The notes: a model not told the origin generated them from the sequence alone. A DNA stretch of 64,000 bases from Alphaproteobacteria bacterium (GCA_963555825.3 CAUVXB020000002.1:1280001-1344000), one strand, 5' to 3'; positions 38,841-48,106 are shown, counted from the stretch's first letter. Program-made: numbers and translations.

Positions 38841-40808
38841 ATGAGCGACAAGCCGTGGATCATGCGCACCTACGCCGGCCATTCGACGGCCGAGGCCTCG
38901 AACGCGCTCTACCGCAACAATCTCGAGCACGGCCAGACCGGCCTTTCGGTCGCCTTCGACCTGCCGACCCAGACCGGCTACGACCCCGACCACCCCTTGG
39001 CGCGCGGCGAGGTCGGCAAGGTCGGCGTGCCGGTCAGCCATATCGGCGACATGGCGGCGCTGTTCGACGGCATCCCGCTCGAGCGCATGAACACCTCGAT
39101 GACGATCAACGCCACCGCGGCTTGGCTGATGGCGCTCTATATCGCGCTCGCCGACCGCCGGGGCGTCGACCGTTCCGCGCTCGCCGGCACGGTGCAGAAC
39201 GACATCGTCAAGGAGTATCTCTCGCGCGGCACCTACATCTTCCCGCCCGGCCCGAGCATGCGGCTGATCGGCGACGTCATCGCCTTCACCTGCCGCGAGG
39301 CGCCAAAGTGGAACCCGATCAACGTCTGCTCGTACCACCTGCAGGAGGCCGGCGCCACGCCAGTGCAGGAACTCGCCTTCGCGCTGGCGACCGCGACCGC
39401 CGTGTTGGACGCGGTGCGCGATGCCGGCCAGGTGCCGGAGCCCGAGTTCGCGCGGGTGGTCGGCCGCGTCAGCTTCTTCGTCAACGCCGGCACGCGGCTG
39501 ATCACCGAGATCTGCAAGCTGCGCGCCTTCACCGATTTGTGGGACGAGATCACGGCGCAGCGCTATGGCGTCGAGGACGCCAAGCTGCGCCGCTTCCGCT
39601 ACGGCGTCCAGGTCAACTCGTTGAACCTGACCGAGCAGCAGCCCGAGAACAACGTCTACCGGATCCTGATCGAGATGCTCGCCGTCGTCATGTCGAAGGA
39701 CGCGCGGGCGCGCGCCGTGCAGCTGCCGGCGTGGAACGAGGCGCTCGGCCTGCCCAGGCCGTGGGACCAGCAGTGGAGCCTGCGCCTGCAGCAGATCGTC
39801 GCCTTCGAGACCGACCTGCTCGAATACGACGACGTCTTCGCCGGTTCGCCGGTGATCGCCGCCAAGGTCGCCGAGCTCAAGGCCGAGGCGGCCGAGGAGC
39901 TCGCGCGCATCGAGCGCATCGGCGGCACGCTGGCCGCCGTCAAGTCGGGCTACATGAAGGAATGCCTGGTCGAGAGCCACGCGCGCCGCGTCGCCGCCAT
40001 CGAGGCGGGCGCGCAGACCGTCGTCGGCGTCAACGCCTATACCGCGACCCAGCCCTCGCCGCTCACCGGCAACGCCGGCGTGGCGATGACCTTCGATCCG
40101 TCGGTCGAGGCCGCGCAGATCGACAAGATCATCGCCTGGCGCGCCGCTCGCGAGGCGGCGGCGGTCGATGCCGCGCTCGCCGATCTCGAGGCCGCCGCCA
40201 GAGAAGGCCGCAACGTCATGGAACCGTCGATCGCCTGCGCCAAGGCCGGCGTCACCACGGGCGAGTGGGCCGGCGCGCTGCGTGCCGTGTTCGGCGAATA
40301 CCGCGCGCCGACCGGCATCGGCGGGGCGCCGGCGGCCGACGCCGAGTCGCTCGTCGAGGTTCGCGGCCGCGCCGAGGCCGCGGCACGCACGCTCGGCCGG
40401 CCGATCAAGCTGCTGGTCGCCAAGCCCGGCCTCGACGGCCATTCGAACGGCGCCGAGCAGATCGCCGTGCGCGCCCGCGACTGCGGCCTCGAGGTGGTCT
40501 ACGAGGGCATCCGCCTGACGCCCGAGCAGATCGCCAATTCGGCGCTCGAGGAGGCCGTCCACGTCGTCGGCCTGTCGATCCTGTCGGGCTCGCACAACGC
40601 GCTCGTCGCCGAGGTGCTGGCGCGCATGGCCGCGCTCGGCATCGGCGACGTGCCGGTCGTCGTCGGCGGCATCATCCCGCCCGACGACGCCGAGACCCTG
40701 ACCCAGGCCGGCGTCGCGCGCATCTACACGCCCAAGGACTTCGAGCTGACCCAGATCATCGGCGACATCGTCGCCCTGGCCGAAAGCGGCGCCAAGGAGG
40801 CGGCGTGA
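38841..40808 (+). CDS. ecm: Ethylmalonyl-CoA mutase (MeaA/Ecm), B12-dependent
   Basis: RTYAGHS, LSVAFDLPTQTGYD, YGVQVNSL, PRPWDQQWSLR and B12-binding KPGLDGHSNG. Confidence 0.95.
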   Translation: MSDKPWIMRTYAGHSTAEASNALYRNNLEHGQTGLSVAFDLPTQTGYDPDHPLARGEVGKVGVPVSHIGDMAALFDGIPLERMNTSMTINATAAWLMALYIALADRRGVDRSALAGTVQNDIVKEYLSRGTYIFPPGPSMRLIGDVIAFTCREAPKWNPINVCSYHLQEAGATPVQELAFALATATAVLDAVRDAGQVPEPEFARVVGRVSFFVNAGTRLITEICKLRAFTDLWDEITAQRYGVEDAKLRRFRYGVQVNSLNLTEQQPENNVYRILIEMLAVVMSKDARARAVQLPAWNEALGLPRPWDQQWSLRLQQIVAFETDLLEYDDVFAGSPVIAAKVAELKAEAAEELARIERIGGTLAAVKSGYMKECLVESHARRVAAIEAGAQTVVGVNAYTATQPSPLTGNAGVAMTFDPSVEAAQIDKIIAWRAAREAAAVDAALADLEAAAREGRNVMEPSIACAKAGVTTGEWAGALRAVFGEYRAPTGIGGAPAADAESLVEVRGRAEAAARTLGRPIKLLVAKPGLDGHSNGAEQIAVRARDCGLEVVYEGIRLTPEQIANSALEEAVHVVGLSILSGSHNALVAEVLARMAALGIGDVPVVVGGIIPPDDAETLTQAGVARIYTPKDFELTQIIGDIVALAESGAKEAA

Positions 40809-40822
40809 GAGGGAGGCGAGCG

Positions 40823-40975
40823 ATGCGGCGGATGGGTTTCGCGCTGGTGATCTTGACGACGGCGGCCCTCGCCACGCCGGCGGCGTCGGCCGAGCCGGTG
40901 CCGCCGATCGACTGGCGCGATTTCGTCGACGAGGTGGCCGACCCCGATTTCGAGGTCGGCGAGGAGGCGTGTTAG
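40823..40975 (+). CDS. Small putative exported peptide (50 aa) or truncated gene
   Basis: GGAGG RBS; signal peptide MRRMGFALVILTTAALATPAASA; acidic mature part. Confidence 0.5.
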   Translation: MRRMGFALVILTTAALATPAASAEPVPPIDWRDFVDEVADPDFEVGEEAC

Positions 40976-41022
40976 GAGCCTGTCCGAGAACGCATCCGAC
41001 GAGACCGGCACGGGGACGTAAA

Positions 41023-41845
41023 ATGATTCCGTTGATCGATTCGGCCCGCTACCCGCTCGACCAGGCCGACCACCCGGCGACGGAGGCCCTCGTCGCGCGC
41101 TGTCGCGCCGAGCTCGCCGAGCGCGCGGTGTGCGTCGTCGAGCGGCTGCTGACGCCCGCCGCGCTCGCGGCCATGGCGGCCGAGGCCGAGCGGCTCGCGC
41201 CGCTCGCGCACCACCGCGCGGCGCGGCGCAACTGCTATATCGGCGTCGAGAACGATCCGTCGCTGCCCGCCAGCCACCCGCGGCGGCGTTTCATGGCGAC
41301 GACGCTGGGCGTGGTCGCCGATGACTTGATCCCGGCCGACGCGCTGGTCCGCGAGCTCTACGACTGGCCGGCCTTCCAGGGCTTCCTGGCGGCCATCATG
41401 GGCTACCCGGCGCTCTATCCCAACGAGGACCGCTTCCAGGCGCTCAACGTCATCGTCTACGAGCCCGGCGAGCAGTCGGACTGGCATTTCGACCCCGACA
41501 ACGATTTCACCGTGACGCTGCTTCTCCAAGAGGCCGAAGAAGGCGGCGACTTCTCGCTCGTCCCCGACATCCGCGGCACGGCGGACGAAAACTACGACCG
41601 CCGTCGGGCGCGTGCTCGACGGCGACGAAGCGCGCGTCGTCCGCGTCGCCAGGCCGCCCGGCTCGCTGGTCGTCTTCCGCGGCCACGATTCGCTCCACCG
41701 CGTCGCCACCGTGCGCGGCGGACGACGCCGGCTCGTCGCCGTGATGTGCTACGAGGACCACCCCGGCGTGGTCGGCGACCCGGCGGTCAACGCCGCCATC
41801 TACGGCCCCCGCGTCGCCGCGCTTGAGGCCGGCGATTCCCAATAG
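41023..41845 (+). CDS. 2OG-Fe(II) oxygenase (BesD/HalD-like fold), frameshifted near 41598
   Basis: WHFD..DFTVTLLLQ..E.GG and a distal SLHRV...R.VAV. Removing one C at 41598-41599 joins the two ORFs (ENYDAVGRVLDG). Confidence 0.75.
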
Positions 41846-41890
41846 CCCGCCGCCGCGCTATCTTGGCGGCGCATCGATCGGAGGCGGCGG

Positions 41891-43084
41891 ATGAGGCGAC
41901 GGCGGCGCGAGAACTGGGCGAACGAGCTGCTGATCAGGCTGTTTCCGCCGATCTTCGCGCTGATCTACGCGTTCTACTTCGGGCTCAGGCTGTTCAATTC
42001 CGACGGCGTCCTGGACTCGCAGGGCCGCATGCTCGGCTCGGACTTCACGATGTTCTGGCTGGCTTCGAACTTCGTGCTGGAGGGCGATATCGGCGCGGTC
42101 TACGACTGGGACCGGGTCGCTGGCGCCCAGCGCGCGCTGTTCGGCTATGAGCGCGGGCTCTACGCCTGGTCGTACCCGCCGATCTTCCTGCTCTATGCGC
42201 TGCCGCTGGCGTTGCTGCCCTATGCCTGGGCCTATGTCGCGTGGTGCGTCGCGACCTTCGCCGCGCTCGCCGCCGTGGTGCGCAAAATCGCGCCGGCGCG
42301 CGAGACGCTCTGGCTACTCGTGGGCTTCCCGGCGACGCTGGTCAACGGCGTGCACGGCCAGAACGGTTTCCTGACCGCGGCGCTGTTCGGCGGCGCGCTG
42401 AGCTTGATCAACAAGCGCCCGGTCGTCGCCGGCGTGCTGTTCGGCTTGCTTACCTACAAGCCGCAATTCGGCGTGCTGATCCCGGTCGCGCTCATTGCCG
42501 GGCGGTGTTGGACGGCGTTCGCCTCCGCGGCGGTCACCACCGTCGTGCTGCTTGGCGTAAGCACTGCCGGCTTCGGCGTCGAACCCTGGGTCGCGTTCTG
42601 GCACAACATGCCCGAGCTCTACCAGGCGGTGATCGAGGGCAGGCCGGCGCTGATCAACGTGCCCAGCCTGATGATCACGCTCCATCTGCTCGGCGTCGAC
42701 GACGGCGTCGCCCAAGCGTTCCACGTCGCCTTGGCGCTCGCCGTCGCCGCGGTCGTCGCCTGGGTCTGGTACGTGAGAGGCGCGACGGTGGCGAGCGCCG
42801 CGGTGCTCGCCACCGGCGCCTTCTTCGTGCCGCCGCACCCCTACGGCTACGACCTGGCGCTCTTGGCCGTGCCGATCGCGCTGATCGGCTGGGCGGCCTA
42901 TCGCGACGGCTTGCTGTGGGCCGAGCGCGAGGTGCTGGTGCTCGCCTGGCTGACGCCGATCCTGGTCTGGATCAGCGTGGCCGTGATCGGCGTGCAGATC
43001 GGCACCGCCTGCCTGCTCGCCGTGTTCGCGATCTGCGTGCGCCGGGCGCTCGCCGGTGGTGGCGACCACGATGCGCGGCTCTGA
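41891..43084 (+). CDS. GT87 (DUF2029) polyprenyl-phosphate-sugar-dependent glycosyltransferase, copy 1
   Basis: Multi-TM; DF..FW, YPP, GQNGF and KPQ motifs. Confidence 0.87.
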   Translation: MRRRRRENWANELLIRLFPPIFALIYAFYFGLRLFNSDGVLDSQGRMLGSDFTMFWLASNFVLEGDIGAVYDWDRVAGAQRALFGYERGLYAWSYPPIFLLYALPLALLPYAWAYVAWCVATFAALAAVVRKIAPARETLWLLVGFPATLVNGVHGQNGFLTAALFGGALSLINKRPVVAGVLFGLLTYKPQFGVLIPVALIAGRCWTAFASAAVTTVVLLGVSTAGFGVEPWVAFWHNMPELYQAVIEGRPALINVPSLMITLHLLGVDDGVAQAFHVALALAVAAVVAWVWYVRGATVASAAVLATGAFFVPPHPYGYDLALLAVPIALIGWAAYRDGLLWAEREVLVLAWLTPILVWISVAVIGVQIGTACLLAVFAICVRRALAGGGDHDARL

Positions 43085-43155
43085 GGCTAAGAATGTTCGC
43101 CATTGCCGGCGTGGTGTAGGCTTGGGTGACGCAAATTCGGGGCGGTGGGGCGGCG

Positions 43156-44352
43156 ATGGCTGATCAGGCGCGGCGCGGCGACTGGGCGTATGGCGTGGCG
43201 ATACGCCTGTTTCCGCCGTTGTTCGTCGCGATATACGTCGCCTTCTTCGTCAAGCGGTTCTACACCTCGAGCGGCCTGTTGAGCGCGGTGGGCGATCCGG
43301 TCGCCTCCGATTTCACGATGTTCTGGATCGCCTCGGGGTTGATCCTCGACGGCGCCGCGGCGGCGGTCTTCGACTGGCCCGGGATGATGGCCGCCGAGCA
43401 CGCCCTGGTGCCCGGCATGTCGGGCGTGCTGGGTTGGTCGTACCCGCCGATCTTCATGCTCTACGTGGCGCCGTTGGCACTCGTCCCCTTCCTGTTGTCC
43501 TATGCGCTGTGGATCGCCGCGAGCTTCGCCGCGATGGCCGCGGTGATCCGCAAGATCGCGCCGGCGCGCCAGACGATTTGGCTGCTGCTCGGCTTTCCGG
43601 CGACGCTGATCTGCGCCGGCCACGGCCAGAACGGTTTTCTGACGGCGGCGCTGTTCGGTGGCGCGCTCATTCTGTTGAACAAGCGACCGGTCGTCGCCGG
43701 TGTGCTGATCGGCCTCTTGGCCTTCAAGCCGCAGTTCGGCCTGTTGATCCCGCTCGCGCTGTTGGCCGGGCGCCAGTGGACGGCGTTCGCCGCGGCGACC
43801 GTCACCACGGTCGTGCTGGTGGCCGGGACCGCCGCGCTGTTCGGACCCGAGACCTGGCTCGCGTTCTGGAACAACCTGGCGGTCATCAACCAGAAAATGG
43901 CCGAGGGCCACGTGCCGATCCTCAAGATGACCAGTCTGTTTGCAACGCTGCGCGTGCACGGTGTCGACGCCAGCATCGCTTATGCGCTGCATGGCGTGCT
44001 CGCCGCCGCCGTCGCCGCCGTCGTCGCCTGGGTGTGGCACCGCCGGCGCGCCACGGCGGGCAGTGCCGCGGTGCTCATCGTCGGCGCCCTGTTGGTCTCG
44101 CCGCATGTCTACGATTACGACCTGCCGGTGCTCGCCGTCGCCATCGCCTTGATCGGTTGGGCGGCGTATTCGAGCAAACCCCTGCCGGGCGAGCGCGCGG
44201 TGCTGGTGCTCGCCTGGTTAGCGCCGATGATGGTCTTGGCCAGCGTGACCTACGTCGGCGTCCAGTTCGGTACGGTCAGCCTGCTGATCGTCTTCGGCAT
44301 CGCCGTGCGGCGCGCGCTCACGCAATCGGACACGCTCGCCCCACCGATTTAG
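43156..44352 (+). CDS. GT87 (DUF2029) glycosyltransferase, copy 2
   Basis: SDFTMFW, SYPP, GQNGFL, KPQFG and YDYD; paralog of the upstream gene; start may instead be 43126. Confidence 0.87.
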   Translation: MADQARRGDWAYGVAIRLFPPLFVAIYVAFFVKRFYTSSGLLSAVGDPVASDFTMFWIASGLILDGAAAAVFDWPGMMAAEHALVPGMSGVLGWSYPPIFMLYVAPLALVPFLLSYALWIAASFAAMAAVIRKIAPARQTIWLLLGFPATLICAGHGQNGFLTAALFGGALILLNKRPVVAGVLIGLLAFKPQFGLLIPLALLAGRQWTAFAAATVTTVVLVAGTAALFGPETWLAFWNNLAVINQKMAEGHVPILKMTSLFATLRVHGVDASIAYALHGVLAAAVAAVVAWVWHRRRATAGSAAVLIVGALLVSPHVYDYDLPVLAVAIALIGWAAYSSKPLPGERAVLVLAWLAPMMVLASVTYVGVQFGTVSLLIVFGIAVRRALTQSDTLAPPI

Positions 44353-44520
44353 CGCACCATCTGATTGATCGGAACCGGTCAGATCCTACCAGCCTGCGAC
44401 CGCAGGCCGCCGACCGTTCGGCCAGTCCTTGTGGGATTAAGATTGGCCTTGTGGGATTAAGATTGGCCGTGTGGGATTAAGATTGGCCTTGTGGGATTAA
44501 GATTGGCCTTGTGGGATTAA

Positions 44521-45972
44521 TACCAGTGAGCGCCTGAATTGACTCTCGGGATATTCATTGATGGCGGATGATGGCGGATTGTGATTCTATGGTCTCCCAC
44601 CAGATGTGGGGGATGTCATGGGATCAGCACTCAAGATACGGGATGATTTGACGCCTTTGGAGCTTCGGCGCTGGGCTCGCGTGGAATCGTACGGTCGAGC
44701 GGCGGCGCGGGCCTATGGGATCGCGAATGCTTTGGAGGAGATGCCCCGGGCTGATGCCGCGCGGCTTGCGGGGATGGATCGCCAAACGCTTCGCGACGCG
44801 GTTGTTCGTTACAATGCAAAGGGATTGGAGGGGCTTCACGACCGTCCAAAGGGCTACTCGCCGCGGCGGCTGACGGCAGACGAGGAAGCGGCGCTGGCGG
44901 CGGTCATCATCGCCGGGCCGGAGCCTGAGCGCGACGGGGTTTGCGCCTGGACCCGGGCCGATCTGTGCCGCTGGCTGGAGGAGCGCTTCGCCAAGACCTA
45001 CCACCCCTCGAGCATGACCCGGGTTCTACGGCGGATGGGATTTTCCCGCCATGGATCGCCAAACGCTTCGCGACGCGGTTGTTCGTTACAATGCAAAGGG
45101 ATTGGAGGGGCTTCACGACCGTCCAAAGGGCTACTCGCCGCGGCGGCTGACGGCAGACGAGGAAGCGGCGCTGGCGGCGGTCATCATCGCCGGGCCGGAG
45201 CCTGAGCGCGACGGGGTTTGCGCCTGGACCCGGGCCGATCTGTGCCGCTGGCTGGAGGAGCGCTTCGCCAAGACCTACCACCCCTCGAGCATGACCCGGG
45301 TTCTACGGCGGATGGGATTTTCCCGCCAGAAGGCGCGCCCGAGCCACCCGCGAAGGGACGCCGAAGCGCAGGAGCGCTTCAAAAAAGGGGGCTTCGCGAC
45401 ATCCTGAAGGCGACCGCCGCGGCGCATCCCGACAAGCGCCTACAGCTGTGGTTTCAGGATGAAGCGCGCGTCGGCAACAAGGGCCGGGTGTGTCACCGGT
45501 GGTGGCCCAGGGGCGAGCGTGCCCCCGGGACGCGTCAAATCGGCTACCAGTGGGCCTACATCTTCTCCGCCGTGCGCCCGGACACCGGCGACGACGTCAC
45601 CCTGGTGATGCCGAGCGTCAATGCCAAGGTCATGGACCTGTTTCTCGCACACTTCGCCGATACCCTGGACCAGGATGCGCACGCCGTCATGATGTGCGAC
45701 GGCGCCGGTTGGCACGACGAGCGCGCCCTCACCGTCCCCGACAACGTCACCTTGGCGCTGTTGCCGCCTTACAGTCCCGAACTCAACCCCGTCGAGCGGG
45801 TTTGGCTCTACCTACGCGAACGCTTCCTATCGCTCCGCGTCCTCGACGACACCGAGGCCATCATCGACGCCTGTTGCCAAGCATGGATCGACCTCATCGC
45901 AGAACCGGATCGTATGCGAACCCTCTGCGCCTATCCATGGATCATGAAGGTGATTTCATAGGCTCACTGGTA
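44521..45972 (+). mobile_element. IS630-family insertion sequence (element C) with an internal 277-bp duplication
   Basis: Perfect TIRs TACCAGTGAGC / GCTCACTGGTA with TAA on both sides. Confidence 0.9.
44618..45961 (+). pseudogene. IS630 transposase disrupted by a tandem duplication (44774-45050 = 45051-45327)
   Basis: HTH region repeated out of frame; AAAAAAG slippery site near 45381; DDE domain FQDEAR, DGAGWH and LPPYSPELNPVE. Confidence 0.8.
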
Positions 45973-46077
45973 TAAGATTGGCCTTGTGGGATTAAGATTG
46001 GCTTGCGCGGCGATTGAGCGCAGGTCAGCTTTACGCGAGTCAAAGGTGACCGCACAAAAAGGGTCCCTGCACAACGC

Positions 46078-46102
46078 AAAGGAGGGGCCCGAAAGCCCCT
46101 CC
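46078..46102 (-). terminator. Putative intrinsic terminator of the flp pilin gene
   Basis: GGAGGGGC-TTTCGG-GCCCCTCC stem followed by a short T tract on the minus strand. Confidence 0.45.
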
Positions 46103-46194
46103 CGAACGCACGGATGGCGCCTCGCGGCGCCATCCGGCATTTGCTGCCTGTGTTCGTCCCGTCCCGTACCGGGGCGGTCGAACCCGTCCGCCGA

Positions 46195-46374
46195 CTAAAT
46201 CTCGGACGAGATCGAGTTGAACAGAAGGCCGAGCTCGTCGCCGAGCAGGCCGACGGCCGCGATAATCGCGACGGCGATGCCGGCGGCGATCAGGCCGTAC
46301 TCAATCGCGGTGGCGCCGGACTCGTCCTTGAACGCCCGGAACTTCTCGATGGTCAAGACATAGAGCTTCAACAT
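46195..46374 (-). CDS. flp: Flp/Fap (Tad-type) pilin, 59 aa; absent from the ORF track
   Basis: MLKLYVLTIEKFRAFKDESG^ATAIEYGLIAAGIAVAIIAAVGLLGDELGLLFNSISSEI; G-xxxx-EY Flp motif; GAGGAG RBS. Confidence 0.93.
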   Translation of the reverse strand: MLKLYVLTIEKFRAFKDESGATAIEYGLIAAGIAVAIIAAVGLLGDELGLLFNSISSEI

Positions 46375-46509
46375 AACACTCTCCTCAATCGTTTATGTTA
46401 AACTCGCGTCCCGCACATCGAGACGCAGTTTCGAATAACCCGTGCAAAGCTGGCTCTTATGTACCGGGATCTTGGTGATCGAACAAGCTAGCATGGCTAC
46501 CTATAAAAC

Positions 46510-46525
46510 TTAGGGTTTTCCCTTA
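46510..46525. promoter_or_regulatory. Palindromic operator-like site between flp and the kinase gene
   Basis: TTAGGGTTTTCCCTTA; a near-identical site can be reconstructed at the IS4 insertion point (59.4/60.7 kb). Confidence 0.45.
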
Positions 46526-46636
46526 GTCGGCGGGGCGTAAATGGTACTATACTTTGGTTTCCTGATTGTCCCGCGCTGCGTTTCGACGCGCCGCCCTGGC
46601 GTGTTTTCCCCCTTCGAACAAAAACGGATCTGACAG

Positions 46637-48106
46637 ATGGCGGAACAAAGCGCCACATTCCGTGTCGGCAAGGCGAGCGGCGGCCTCCTCGTGCTCAGCG
46701 TGGCGATGGCGGCCGGCATCTTCGCATTCGACCTATCGCTGCCCTTGGACATCGCTGGCGGTGTGCCCTATGTCGCGCTGGTGCTGATCGGCCTGTGGCT
46801 GCCTTGGCGCCATTCGCTGCTCGTGCTCGCCGCGATCGGCAGCGCACTCACCTTCATCGGCTTCCTGTTCCCGGCGGAGATCGAATTTCCCTGGGCGGGC
46901 ATGCTCAATCGCGCGCTTGCGCTGCTGGCAATCTGGGCCGTGGCGGTGCTCGCGTTCGAGCGCAAGAAGTCGGAAGCCGCGCTCAACTCCAGCCGCCAGC
47001 TGCTGCGCACGGTGATCGACGCGGTGCCGGCGGCGATCAATGCCAAGGACACCGAAGGCCGCTATGTCTTCATGAACGCCTATCAGGCCGAGGCATTGGG
47101 TGTCGACACCGAAGGCGTGATCGGCCGGACGCCGGCAGACGTCGCCGGCGCGGCCTATGCGGCGTCGCTGCGCGCCGGCGACGCCCAGGTGATCTACGGC
47201 GGCTATGGGCGGGTTAACGAGGAGTTCAATTTCACGCCTTCGGGGGGTGAGCCGCAGACCTGGTTGATGACGCGCGCGCCGGTCTTCGACACGGCAGGCG
47301 AGGTCGGCCAGGTGGTCACCGTTGCGCTCGACGTCACCGAGCAGAAGAAGACCGAGGAACGCGCGCGCCAGCATCAGGCGGACCTTGCCCACGCGCTGCG
47401 CGTCAGTACCATGGGCGAGATGGTCGCGACCTTCGCACACGAGATCAACCAGCCGCTCGCCGCGGTGGTCAACTACGCGCGCGGCGCGATGCGCCGGGTG
47501 CGCGCCGGTTCGGTGGCGCCCGAGGAGCTGGTCGAGGTGTTCGAGCAGCTGAGCGGCCAGGCCGAGCGGGCCAGCGAGATCGTGCGCCGCGCGAGCCGCT
47601 TCGTGCGCACCAGTGATCTGACGCGCGTTTCCGCCGATATCAACCAGCTGGTCGACCGGGTAGCGTCGCTGACGCAGGCCGACGCACGCGGCAAGGGTGT
47701 CGCCATCGCATTCGATCTCGCCGAGAATCTTCCGTCGGTGCGCGTCGATACCCTGCAGGTCGAGCAGGTGGTGCTCAACCTGATACGCAACAGCATCGAG
47801 GCGATGGCCGACGCCGGGAGTCCCGACCCCACGCTCACCATCCGCACCGCGATGGCTGGCGATGCCGCGCTCGAGGTCGCGATCAGCGACCGCGGGCCGG
47901 GCATTCCAGACGATGTCGCGGATAAAATCCTCGAACCCTATTTCACGACCAAGCCGGAGGGCATGGGCATGGGGCTGTCGATCAGCCGCACCCTCGTCGA
48001 GGCCTATGGCGGCCGGCTCTGGGTGACGCGCAACGACGACGGCGGCGCCACCTTCCACTTCACGCTTCCGATCACCGAAGAGAACCAGGACGATGACGAT
48101 GGCTGA
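46637..48106 (+). CDS. Membrane PAS-domain sensor histidine kinase (FixL/TtrS-like)
   Basis: N-terminal TMs, PAS (KDTEGRY..MN), H-box AHEINQPL, NLIRNS, DRGPG and TTKPEGMGMGL. Confidence 0.92.
   Translation: MAEQSATFRVGKASGGLLVLSVAMAAGIFAFDLSLPLDIAGGVPYVALVLIGLWLPWRHSLLVLAAIGSALTFIGFLFPAEIEFPWAGMLNRALALLAIWAVAVLAFERKKSEAALNSSRQLLRTVIDAVPAAINAKDTEGRYVFMNAYQAEALGVDTEGVIGRTPADVAGAAYAASLRAGDAQVIYGGYGRVNEEFNFTPSGGEPQTWLMTRAPVFDTAGEVGQVVTVALDVTEQKKTEERARQHQADLAHALRVSTMGEMVATFAHEINQPLAAVVNYARGAMRRVRAGSVAPEELVEVFEQLSGQAERASEIVRRASRFVRTSDLTRVSADINQLVDRVASLTQADARGKGVAIAFDLAENLPSVRVDTLQVEQVVLNLIRNSIEAMADAGSPDPTLTIRTAMAGDAALEVAISDRGPGIPDDVADKILEPYFTTKPEGMGMGLSISRTLVEAYGGRLWVTRNDDGGATFHFTLPITEENQDDDDG

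Larger units (their letters stand above)
44427..46001. repeat. Tandem 20-bp repeat CCTTGTGGGATTAAGATTGG, six units
   Basis: Units start at 44427, 44447, 44467 (CCGT variant), 44487, 44507 (interrupted after 44520, resumes at 45973) and 45982. Confidence 0.92.
44350..46057. repeat. Intergenic repeat element, copy 3 (inverted; contains a 6 x 20-bp array split by IS630)
   Basis: 44350-44426 and 46002-46057 are reverse complements of blocks in copies 1 and 2; the element starts at the GT87 TAG stop. Confidence 0.75.

Noticed and set aside
41023-41845. Radical halogenase
   Set aside because: The iron motif is HxD, not HxG/A.
44427-44520. CRISPR array
   Set aside because: The 20-bp units are directly adjacent with no spacers, and no cas genes are present.
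46375-46636. c-di-GMP riboswitch or CtrA boxes upstream of flp
   Set aside because: Only a simple leader hairpin is visible; no convincing GEMM core or TTAA-N7-TTAA.
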